A model generated the notes under the pieces. That model did no database searches and was not told the DNA's origin. It was given only the letters and a program-made list of their open reading frames with translations. A program made the translations under genes and the position numbers. This document shows, piece after piece, positions 9,444 to 17,203 of a stretch of DNA of 33,145 nt; positions within the stretch are counted from its first letter, which is position 1; each line of letters opens with the position of its first letter. Where the stretch lies: positions 1-33,145 of the forward strand of contig CAZYGV010000001.1 of assembly GCA_964647155.1 (NCBI GenBank), in the 5' to 3' direction. The stretch is from an uncultured Thermoproteales archaeon (lineage in GTDB: Archaea; Thermoproteota; Thermoprotei; Thermoproteales; B15-G16).

Positions 9444-10413
9444 TGTGCTCCCTCAGTACACGAACTAGCTCTCTAAGGAATAGACCAACATCGGTAACTA
9501 CGCCTCTGATCTGTGTGCTACCTCTATCGTAGACTCTAGCTATGACAGCTGGATTAATGTCAACGAATACGACCTTAACGTGATAAGGTAGCATATTACA
9601 GACACCAATCCCAAGAAGCATCGTAGCTAGGACAAGAACTAAGTCAACCCCTCTAATAATTTCCTCACGAATTACATCTTGAGCCTTAACCATATCCGTT
9701 ATCGTATCCTTAAGAGGTCCATCGTCTCTAATAGAACCAACGATGATGTACTTAACACCATTTCTAACACACTCATACAATACACCATCACGAACAATAC
9801 CTAGCTTAACAGCCCTAGCTATTGAACCACAGGAATTAACCTTATTGATAGTCCACACATGAGTAGCATGATGAACGTACCTACCATCTCTCAGTGATAC
9901 TCCAAGTGATGTACCGAAGATCGATGCCTCAAGATCGTGAACAGCAAAACCATTACCTACTATCAGAACGTCAACGTAGCCCATTCGAACTAATTCAGCA
10001 AGTGCATTCCTACCACCTGAATGAATAACTGCAGGGCCAGCAACAACGAAAACTCTACCACCTCTCCTCTTAACATCAATCAACTCCTTAGCAACCTCTC
10101 TAATGATTAGGTACGTAGGTCTCTCAGTAGATACCGGACTAGTCATGAAGCGAAAACCAGGTTCCTCTTCAATAATACCCTTCTCACCAACAACAACAAG
10201 CATACCTTTCTTAACCTTTCTAGGTTCAAGAGAGTAAGCTTCCTTCTTCACTGGATCAACAACGATACAGCAGTCCATCCTAACATTCTTAACCTCAATC
10301 TTCTCTCCATTTAGTATTATCCACGTCCTCTTATTGCTAGTAACGTAGAATCCATCAGGTAAAACACCATCTTCAGGAGCTGGCTTTAGCTCAACGCTTT
10401 CCATAAGCGACAC
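9436..10413 (-). CDS. TIGR00300 / LOR-SDH-conserved-domain-like enzyme (ornithine cyclodeaminase-like); function uncertain
   Basis: Motifs GPAVIHSGG, VGNGFAVHDLE, FGTSLG, GSIRDDGPL, VDINPAV and DRGSTQ match my recollection of the TIGR00300 family. The stop overlaps the ecfA start by 8 nt. Confidence 0.5.
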   Translation of the reverse strand: MSLMESVELKPAPEDGVLPDGFYVTSNKRTWIILNGEKIEVKNVRMDCCIVVDPVKKEAYSLEPRKVKKGMLVVVGEKGIIEEEPGFRFMTSPVSTERPTYLIIREVAKELIDVKRRGGRVFVVAGPAVIHSGGRNALAELVRMGYVDVLIVGNGFAVHDLEASIFGTSLGVSLRDGRYVHHATHVWTINKVNSCGSIARAVKLGIVRDGVLYECVRNGVKYIIVGSIRDDGPLKDTITDMVKAQDVIREEIIRGVDLVLVLATMLLGIGVCNMLPYHVKVVFVDINPAVIARVYDRGSTQIRGVVTDVGLFLRELVRVLREHNG

Positions 10414-10468
10414 CTCAGTACATCGGTCAATTAAGTATTTTAGGTTTAGGTCAAGTACTTGTACTGAG
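10414..10468. repeat. 9-bp perfect inverted repeat bracketing a divergent promoter region
   Basis: CTCAGTACA (10414-10422) and TGTACTGAG (10460-10468) enclose 37 nt containing AAGTATTTTA. Confidence 0.6.
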
Positions 10469-10470
10469 AT

Positions 10471-12390
10471 ATGGGTACTGAGAAGAGGGGTAAAATAGGG
10501 GAAGTTATTCGGGAAATATTTAGGAGAAAGGCTTTTAGGTTTGGTTGGTGCGATATCTGTAGATCCTACGTACTTAGAGTAAGTACCTGTCCTGTATGCG
10601 GTAGCTCTGTCAAGTTAATAGACGCTACGTTACCTAGAGATGTTAGGCTAGCACACGAGTACGATATTGAGATTACGAGAGAAGCGATTGCTAGGTCATG
10701 TGGAGTATCGTCTAAGTACCTAGATAAGGTGTTGCCGCGATCAGGCACTACGTTACTGAATAAGGTTCAATACATTGATGCTGCTGATGAAGTTATCGTT
10801 GATAAGTACATCATCGGTACTAGGTTCTTCGATGTCTTGAGACAGGAATGGATATTTAGACCACAGTACGAATTTGCCTCATTAGTTATCCGAGAAAAGA
10901 TAGGTTACTACGGTATTGTTAAGAGAAACAGGTTGGCTACAGGTGAAGTTATTGAACGTAGTGATATACTCGAAGGTGACTTACCTAGTGATGTTGGTTA
11001 CTATGTTCCTCTAGAGACGAGTGATGGTAAGTTCCAAGGTGTAGGTAAGGTAGTTGGTAAGAACAGCTTGAGAATTGTCAAGACATGGTCTAGTGTTGAT
11101 CCACTTCAGCTAGAGGGTACGTGTACTGTAGATCGTGTTACTGAGGTAAATGCTACGATACTCGAAGTCCTTGAGAGAAATTCACTGAAATTTATCGAGA
11201 ATTGTCTTAGGAAGTACTCAACATACATCCCCTTAGTGACGTTCTCTGGCGGAAAGGATAGTACAGTCGTGCTGTATTTATCTTCTCAGATAGGTGTTAG
11301 AGAAGCTATATTCAATGATACAGGTCTGGAATTTCCAGAGACGTACAGGAATGTAGATAATGTAGCTAGCAAGCTCGATGTCAGGGTGCATATTGCATCT
11401 GCCGGAGATACCTTCTGGAACTTACTCGGGAAGTTTGGACCACCAGCTAGAGATTACCGGTGGTGTACGAGAGTCTGTAAACTAGTACCAATGGCGAGAA
11501 AAGTTAGAGAACTCTACGGTTCGAAACCCATCATGAGTATTGTTGGTCAGAGAATGTATGAGTCAGTACAGAGAGCACTAACTGGTAGAGTAAGTTCAGG
11601 AAACCCCATAATACCGAGGAATATCCTTGTATCACCAATATACCACTGGACATCACTAGAAGTACAGCTATACATAAAGCTCAGGAAACTACCACTCAAT
11701 GAGCTATACCTCAAAGGATTTGAACGAGTAGGCTGTTGGCTCTGCCCTACATCTAGACTTGCAGAATTCAAGGTAGTTGAGACACTATACCCAGATCTAT
11801 GGTCGAGGTGGAGAAGCTATTTGCTCAAGTACGCACAAATGAAGAAATTACCACGAGAATGGGTTGAGTATGGTCTTTGGAGGTGGAGGTTCAAGTATCC
11901 AGGAGATGTAGCGAACCTGATTAAGAAACTTGGGTACAGACCAAGTAACCTCCTTGAGAAGACAGCAGTTACGCAATGTATCATCACAGAGAACATCAGG
12001 ATTGGTAAGGTACATAATCTAGGCATAGTGGTGACAGATTGTGGCGAAGTGAACTTAGGTGAGTTAGGCAAGTATCTTAGTAAGATCCCTGGAACAATAA
12101 CCTGTAGACAGCTATCCGATACTGTGATTATACTTGAGAATAAGCTAGGTAAGGCAACGATATTCAGTACAGGTAGAATATCGGTACAATGTAGCTCTAT
12201 GGAGAATTGTCTCAAGCTCCTAACTGAGATAGTTAAGTGCATAGCTAAGCTAAAGCGGTGTAGTGAGTGTAGTCTCTGTACTGGATTTGGAGAGGATTCA
12301 ACTAAGGGATGTCCAGTTATAAGTGCTTACGTAGCTAGTATTGAGAGGCAGGTAAGGGAGCATATCACTCATGTAAAGTCTACTCATTGA
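10471..12390 (+). CDS. PAPS reductase-family PP-loop protein with N-terminal Zn-ribbon and C-terminal Cys-cluster domains
   Basis: N-terminal ribbon CDICRSYVLRVSTCPVCG. PP-loop FSGGKDS. RWCTRVCK and GCWLCP motifs typical of the PAPS-reductase/DndC-like fold. C-terminal GKATIFSTGRISVQ (TBP-like half-repeat flavour). CSECSLC...GCP ferredoxin-like cluster. Confidence 0.8.
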   Translation: MGTEKRGKIGEVIREIFRRKAFRFGWCDICRSYVLRVSTCPVCGSSVKLIDATLPRDVRLAHEYDIEITREAIARSCGVSSKYLDKVLPRSGTTLLNKVQYIDAADEVIVDKYIIGTRFFDVLRQEWIFRPQYEFASLVIREKIGYYGIVKRNRLATGEVIERSDILEGDLPSDVGYYVPLETSDGKFQGVGKVVGKNSLRIVKTWSSVDPLQLEGTCTVDRVTEVNATILEVLERNSLKFIENCLRKYSTYIPLVTFSGGKDSTVVLYLSSQIGVREAIFNDTGLEFPETYRNVDNVASKLDVRVHIASAGDTFWNLLGKFGPPARDYRWCTRVCKLVPMARKVRELYGSKPIMSIVGQRMYESVQRALTGRVSSGNPIIPRNILVSPIYHWTSLEVQLYIKLRKLPLNELYLKGFERVGCWLCPTSRLAEFKVVETLYPDLWSRWRSYLLKYAQMKKLPREWVEYGLWRWRFKYPGDVANLIKKLGYRPSNLLEKTAVTQCIITENIRIGKVHNLGIVVTDCGEVNLGELGKYLSKIPGTITCRQLSDTVIILENKLGKATIFSTGRISVQCSSMENCLKLLTEIVKCIAKLKRCSECSLCTGFGEDSTKGCPVISAYVASIERQVREHITHVKSTH

Positions 12391-12453
12391 GGTTATGAGA
12401 TACCTGACTGGATAACGATAAATCCCAACTAGGCATTACGTCCTTTAGGGATT

Positions 12454-13473
12454 ATGTGTTACCTAGCTAGGTTAGGTTACGAGAGCTGTAACTGCTTAAT
12501 TGATGGTAGGAAACCCTGCGAAGTGGGGTTACGTTATGAGAATGGTAAGGTGTATAGGTTGGTGTATGACATTCAGCTGAGTAGACCGGAGGATTACCTA
12601 TCGATCTACCAATCATGCTGTAACCATGACTGTAGGATGTGTCATAGCTTCTACTTCTCAAGAAGACCTGTAGGTAGGTGGATGTCACCAGAGGATATAG
12701 TTGATGTTGTTCGTGATTATGTAAGGAGAGTTACGATTTGGGAGCCTCGAGATAGAGCAACTATGTGGCATGCAAGTGACCTCTGTATGCACTGTGGTTC
12801 ATGCATACTACGTGGTGAACCAGGGCCACTCTGTCCACGAAGACTTAAGCCATGGCAGGTAACTCTCTCAGAACAAGGTTTTGGTCCTGCTCGTAATATT
12901 GTCTCATTCACCGGTGGCGATCTCTTATGTAGACCAGAGTTCTACACCAAGACATTTGAGCTAATTAAGAGTGAGGTTAAGAATGTATGGGTTAAGGTCG
13001 AAACTAATGGTTATGGTCTTGTGAAGGAGGTAGTTGAGGAGTACGCTGCTGCTGGTCTTGACTCCGTTTGGCTTGATTTAAAGGCTTTTAGTGAGGATGT
13101 ATACAAGTGGTTGACAGGTACTACCAATAAGTGGGTACTAAAGGTTCCTGAATTGCTTCTCGAGCACAATATTGTTCTTGAAATCGTTTTACTCTACATA
13201 CCTGGTGTTGTTGAGCTTGATGAGTTGAGGAAGTTCGGTAAATACATTGCTGACATTGATCCAGAGATACCTGTCATGCTACTCGCCTACTTTCCTCGGT
13301 ATAAGCTTAGTAACAGAGAACCTACGTTGCTCGAGATGGTTAGGGGATACCACGTACTAATTGAGTCTGGTTTAAGGAAGGTTAAGGTTGGTAATTGCTC
13401 AGTATTCTGTAAGACTGCTAGTGATTGGGAACTGCTCTTAACACTATTACCCAGAGATGCTATTGCTGGATAG
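12454..13473 (+). CDS. Radical SAM protein
   Basis: CNHDCRMC (CxxxCxxC) plus a second cluster CMHCGSC...CP. 339 aa. Confidence 0.8.
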   Translation: MCYLARLGYESCNCLIDGRKPCEVGLRYENGKVYRLVYDIQLSRPEDYLSIYQSCCNHDCRMCHSFYFSRRPVGRWMSPEDIVDVVRDYVRRVTIWEPRDRATMWHASDLCMHCGSCILRGEPGPLCPRRLKPWQVTLSEQGFGPARNIVSFTGGDLLCRPEFYTKTFELIKSEVKNVWVKVETNGYGLVKEVVEEYAAAGLDSVWLDLKAFSEDVYKWLTGTTNKWVLKVPELLLEHNIVLEIVLLYIPGVVELDELRKFGKYIADIDPEIPVMLLAYFPRYKLSNREPTLLEMVRGYHVLIESGLRKVKVGNCSVFCKTASDWELLLTLLPRDAIAG

Positions 13474-13804
13474 GTGGGGTCTTGGTTATTACTATAGGCC
13501 TTCTCTCGACAAGTGCTTTAGCTATCTTACTCCTAGCACTTTCAAGACATCTCCAAAGCGTACCACGTGAAATACCCATTCTCTGAGCGGCTTCACTCTG
13601 AGTTAGATGCTCTAGGTAAACTAATCTAAGGGCTTCTAATTCATCTGGTGTCAAGTACACTGGTTCATTCTGTACAGGTACCCCGCCTTCAAATGGTATG
13701 AATACTATATCTTTTATATCGATCGATATGTATCTAGGTACAGGTGGTCTTCCTCTTCTACCTCTTCTCCAACACCAATGCCATCCTGGTGATGCTGCCA
13801 TCAT
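13460..13804 (-). CDS. DUF134 (UPF0251) DNA-binding protein
   Basis: Arg-rich N-terminus (RRGRRGRPPVPR) and LTPDELEALRLVYLEHLTQSEAAQRMGISRGTLWRCLESARSKIAKAL, a sigma-70 region-4-like HTH typical of DUF134. Confidence 0.85.
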   Translation of the reverse strand: MMAASPGWHWCWRRGRRGRPPVPRYISIDIKDIVFIPFEGGVPVQNEPVYLTPDELEALRLVYLEHLTQSEAAQRMGISRGTLWRCLESARSKIAKALVERRPIVITKTPPIQQ

Positions 13805-13854
13805 ATATCGATCAAAACCTCGAGTAGGTACCTACCCGTGGCCTGATTAAAACG

Positions 13855-13863
13855 TTAATTTTA
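13855..13863 (+). promoter_or_regulatory. TATA-like element for the box C/D sRNA at 13885
   Basis: TTAATTTTA centred about 26 nt upstream of box C. Confidence 0.4.
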
Positions 13864-13884
13864 GACAGAAACTAATTTTACCTA

Positions 13885-13933
13885 GTGATGAGTGAGCTGG
13901 GTACTGAGTAGTGAGGAAATGAAACCCCACTGA
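13885..13933 (+). ncRNA. Box C/D sRNA (canonical, 49 nt)
   Basis: Layout: GTGATGA, 12 nt (gtgagctgggta), CTGA, gta, GTGAGGA, 12 nt (aatgaaacccca), CTGA. Intergenic, with an upstream TATA-like element. Confidence 0.7.
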
Positions 13934-13954
13934 TTTAGTACTTAAGCTATAGGT

Positions 13955-14878
13955 GTGGTGGGTTATGTGTCCAGTAGATATGTAGTAAGGATATTTGCTT
14001 TGCTGGCTGTAATAGTCTTTGTAGTGACATCTCTCTGGTATATCACCTACATGTCAAGACCTAGCAAGCCTACTACACCAACTATTAAAGTAGGTGCCAT
14101 GCCCATAGGCTCACTAAAGTCTACTAAAATGATAATCCTCATTGATAATAATCCATACGATGGTCTAGTGGCTATATGGGGTCTTAGTGTACTTATTAAG
14201 TTGCCTAGTGGAGAGTACCTACTATTTGATTGTGGCCCTTCACCCACCGCACTTCTCGAGAATTGCAGGAAATTAGGTATTGAGATAAAACATGTAAGAT
14301 ACATCGTTCTCTCTCATGAACATGGTGACCATGTTGGTGGTATTACAGCATTATCTAGCTTAAGTAAATTCATCACCGTATTTGTACCCAATGGATTTCC
14401 TCTACCCTTAATTCGAGAACTAAAATCAATGGGTTTTAGAGTTACCATAGTTAACTCGACATACATCATTATGAATGGTGTAGCTATTGTAGGACCCTTT
14501 AGAGCAGGTACATTAAGTGAACAGGTACTAGTCCTCAATGTAAGTGGTGTAGGTTTAGTTGTAGTAACTGGCTGTGCACATCCAGGTATAGAGAACATAG
14601 TTACAAACATCTCAGAAACCTTCAATGAGAGCATATTCTTAGTTGTAGGTGGTTTCCACCTAGTTGGAGCTGATGTAGTGAGATTGAGTAAGGTAGCTCA
14701 CACATTTGAGAAGCTCAATGTGAAGTATATCGTACCAATTCACTGTAGTGGTGATAGAGCTAGGAAGTTCCTACGATCTAGGCTAGGTAGCAGAGTAGTA
14801 CTCGGTCATGTAGGTACATACATTGAGGTATCAGGTAAAGGTATCACCATTAAGGACCTACCATCAGAAGTAGGGTGA
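13955..14878 (+). CDS. MBL-fold metallo-hydrolase (COG1237-like) with N-terminal membrane anchor
   Basis: LSHEHGDHVGG (HxHxDH), LIDN...GLSVLIK...LFDCG layout, N-terminal TM helix and a Ser/Thr/Pro linker. GTG start. Confidence 0.85.
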   Translation: MVGYVSSRYVVRIFALLAVIVFVVTSLWYITYMSRPSKPTTPTIKVGAMPIGSLKSTKMIILIDNNPYDGLVAIWGLSVLIKLPSGEYLLFDCGPSPTALLENCRKLGIEIKHVRYIVLSHEHGDHVGGITALSSLSKFITVFVPNGFPLPLIRELKSMGFRVTIVNSTYIIMNGVAIVGPFRAGTLSEQVLVLNVSGVGLVVVTGCAHPGIENIVTNISETFNESIFLVVGGFHLVGADVVRLSKVAHTFEKLNVKYIVPIHCSGDRARKFLRSRLGSRVVLGHVGTYIEVSGKGITIKDLPSEVG

Positions 14879-14920
14879 TTGTCTTTTAATTCTTCTCCTC
14901 TAAAATATTGCTCAATACCA

Positions 14921-14969
14921 TCAGCTTCTCGACTACTCATCAGCACTCAGCTGAGGTGCGAGTCATCAC
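14921..14969 (-). ncRNA. Box C/D sRNA (canonical, 49 nt)
   Basis: Minus strand reads GTGATGA, 12 nt (ctcgcacctcag), CTGA, gtg, CTGATGA, 12 nt (gtagtcgagaag), CTGA. A TATA-like TAAATTTA lies about 29 nt upstream. Confidence 0.7.
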
Positions 14970-14997
14970 TATCTGGTACGAATCTTGAGAGAAAAGG

Positions 14998-15005
14998 TAA
15001 ATTTA
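14998..15005. promoter_or_regulatory. Palindromic TATA-like element between two divergent box-C starts
   Basis: TAAATTTA is its own reverse complement. It lies 28 nt from box C at 14969 (minus strand) and 23 nt from box C at 15029 (plus strand). Confidence 0.4.
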
Positions 15006-15028
15006 GCGTCAAGTCGACTATTAGACCA

Positions 15029-15084
15029 GTGATGAGTTTGCTTAGCCCCACCTGACGATAGGTGAGGAATCCGGCAGGAGCTGA
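15029..15084 (+). ncRNA. Atypical box C/D sRNA-like unit
   Basis: Layout: GTGATGA (15029-15035), 16 nt, CTGA (15052-15055), 6 nt, GTGAGGA (15062-15068), 12 nt, CTGA (15081-15084). The C' box is identical to that of the 13885 sRNA. The first spacer is long, and the 3' half is locked in a perfect hairpin. Confidence 0.35.
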
Positions 15085-15095
15085 TTCCTCACCTA
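15059..15095. repeat. Perfect 13-bp hairpin (11-nt loop) overlapping the DUF89 stop codon
   Basis: TAGGTGAGGAATC (15059-15071), loop cggcaggagct, then GATTCCTCACCTA (15083-15095). Sits between convergent genes. TCTTT follows on the plus strand. Confidence 0.6.
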
Positions 15096-15998
15096 TCTTT
15101 CAACCTTAATCGTTACCACCGTTGCATTCACTGAAGTATTAAATGCATCAGCTATGGGCTTACACTTAGCTTTAAGGAGATATGCAATAGGTGTAGTCCA
15201 ATGAAGTTCATCGACAGCTTCAAAGTTAGCCATACCCTTACACACGACAATATCGCTCTCGCTGACAAGCCTATCAACTACCTTACTGTAATGTCCCTCT
15301 ACTAGACTTGAGAAGTACTCAGTCTCACCATCAACTACATTTGCAAACTCATCAAAACCGAGTTCCAGTAGTTCACCGTAGGTTACATCGTTTTGGAATG
15401 GTTCTGACTTACCGATAACGTAGATTTCACAACTTGGGTTAACACAGCGTTTTACATATCGAAGTAGCTCTCTATCAAATATCACCTCACCACAATTATC
15501 TGGTATGAAAACTATTGACTTAGCTCTCTTGATGTATCTATAGAGCTTATCGATCTCACTTACCTTAGGCTCCTCTAGAAGCACCTCACTCAGTCTCTCT
15601 ATGGAGAAGCTATAAGTAGCTACACCTGGGTCAATTGCGTTTGCATTTACTGAAGCAATCACTAACTTCCTAAAGATCTCGTACTCATCACCGCGATAAA
15701 GCAGATCTCTGACCCTTCGTAGTACATCTTCGGCAACCTCATTACACCTCCTCTTATATTCACGATAGGGATCGTATCCAATGTACTCACGAACTATCCT
15801 GTAGGCTTCACTAGCTACAACAACTGTTAGCGTATTTGGTGATGCTAATTCAAATATCTTATTCGCCACTAACTTAAGTACATGAAACTTCTCCTCATCA
15901 CTTAAGTCGCTACTCAAGATCTCTCTAGCTCTAACACTGAGTATACAGACAGGACACTCAGGTCTACACTTCATGGCAACCACTAGAGTTAAAGGCAA
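15093..15998 (-). CDS. DUF89 (ARMT1-like damage-control phosphatase) family protein
   Basis: N-terminal C..C pair, IPDNCGEVIFD and KGMANFE motifs. The track start is TTG. ATG at 15974 (MKCRPECPVC) is more likely. Confidence 0.85.
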   Translation of the reverse strand: MPLTLVVAMKCRPECPVCILSVRAREILSSDLSDEEKFHVLKLVANKIFELASPNTLTVVVASEAYRIVREYIGYDPYREYKRRCNEVAEDVLRRVRDLLYRGDEYEIFRKLVIASVNANAIDPGVATYSFSIERLSEVLLEEPKVSEIDKLYRYIKRAKSIVFIPDNCGEVIFDRELLRYVKRCVNPSCEIYVIGKSEPFQNDVTYGELLELGFDEFANVVDGETEYFSSLVEGHYSKVVDRLVSESDIVVCKGMANFEAVDELHWTTPIAYLLKAKCKPIADAFNTSVNATVVTIKVER

Positions 15999-16035
15999 AA
16001 AGCAGAGAGCTTATAATCCTTTCCACATCAGGTAC

Positions 16036-17193
16036 CTACTTAATTCTGCGAAGGATAGCAACAGTAACAGTAGTCCCTACACCACCAATACTCTGTACGA
16101 GACCTATTTCTGGTGATGGCACCTGCATACTACCTGCTTTCTCCATTAACTGTAGAGCTACCTCAGCTACCTGATACACACCAGTAGCACCAACGGGATG
16201 ACCACGAGCCTTGAGTCCACCACTTGGGTTAATCGATGGCTTTCCACCAGGATCAAATACGCCCTCCTTGAGCAACTTCACAGCTTCTCCTCGCCTTGAG
16301 AAGCCAAGATCTTCAATGTTTATGAACCCAAGTACAGAGAAAGCATCATGTATTTCAGCTACATCCACATCCCTAGGCTCCACCTTGGCCATTCTATACG
16401 CACGTTCAGCAGCTTTAACAGTAGCCGTGAAGCTAGCTATATCTGGTCTCTGTGCAAGGTACATGTAGTCAGTAGAGCAAGCTATACCAGCAATCTCAAC
16501 AATAGCATCGCTTACTCTACGAGCTTCCTCCAGTGGACATAGCACAACTGCTGCAGCACCATCCGATATAGGAGCACAGTCAAGTACTCTGATTGGATCA
16601 GCTATGAGCGGAGACTTCAACACATCGTCAACTGTTATTCGCTTACGGAATTGTGCGTGAGGACACTTCATAGCATTCTCATGCATCTTTACAGGCCAGA
16701 GAGCCATGTCCTCTCTAGTTACATTGTACTTCCTCATGTAGTACCTCATAATTAGCGCATTTAGTGCTGTGAAGCTAGTACCGTAGAATAGCTCGTAATC
16801 TGCATCAGCAGCCTTCGCTAGAGCATACGTAACCTCGCGTGTAGTAGCTTCCGTCAGCTTCTCAACACCACCAACCAAGACGTAGTCATAGAGACCTGAT
16901 GCAACTGCCATGTACCCTGTCAGAAGAGCAACACCACCTGAGCCACAAGCTGCCTCCACCTTAAATGCAGTTTTACCACATAAACCACAGTAATCAGCTA
17001 GCAATGCACCTAGAGAATCTTGATCACTCAAGCTAGATGAACACATGTTACCAATGATAACAGCTTCAATCTCTGGACAACCAGCATCCTCAATAGCTCT
17101 TGCAGCTGCTTCGTAGAATAGCTCTCTCAAGCCTTTATCAAAATGCCTACCAACCTTAGTCAACCCAATACCTACAATAGCTACTTTCCTCAC
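16036..17193 (-). CDS. Thiolase (acetyl-CoA C-acetyltransferase, archaeal type)
   Basis: Thiolase-fold sequence with catalytic-Cys context (GNMCSS / EAACGSG) and C-terminal GGLKARGHPVGATG. Adjacent to HMG-CoA synthase and DUF35. Confidence 0.9.
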   Translation of the reverse strand: MRKVAIVGIGLTKVGRHFDKGLRELFYEAAARAIEDAGCPEIEAVIIGNMCSSSLSDQDSLGALLADYCGLCGKTAFKVEAACGSGGVALLTGYMAVASGLYDYVLVGGVEKLTEATTREVTYALAKAADADYELFYGTSFTALNALIMRYYMRKYNVTREDMALWPVKMHENAMKCPHAQFRKRITVDDVLKSPLIADPIRVLDCAPISDGAAAVVLCPLEEARRVSDAIVEIAGIACSTDYMYLAQRPDIASFTATVKAAERAYRMAKVEPRDVDVAEIHDAFSVLGFINIEDLGFSRRGEAVKLLKEGVFDPGGKPSINPSGGLKARGHPVGATGVYQVAEVALQLMEKAGSMQVPSPEIGLVQSIGGVGTTVTVAILRRIK

Positions 17194-17203
17194 GTACCAT
17201 CAC

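Noticed and set aside
13892-13903. Guide GUGAGCUGGGUA resembles the conserved 23S rRNA string GAGCUGGGUU
   Set aside because: The similarity is to the rRNA sense strand, not its complement, so it cannot be a guide-target duplex. I treat it as coincidence.
14879-14939. 45-codon minus-strand ORF starting at the ATG at 14937-14939 and running antisense into the MBL gene 3' end
   Set aside because: It overlaps the box C/D sRNA and the MBL coding region and has no motif or start signal. It is most likely noise.
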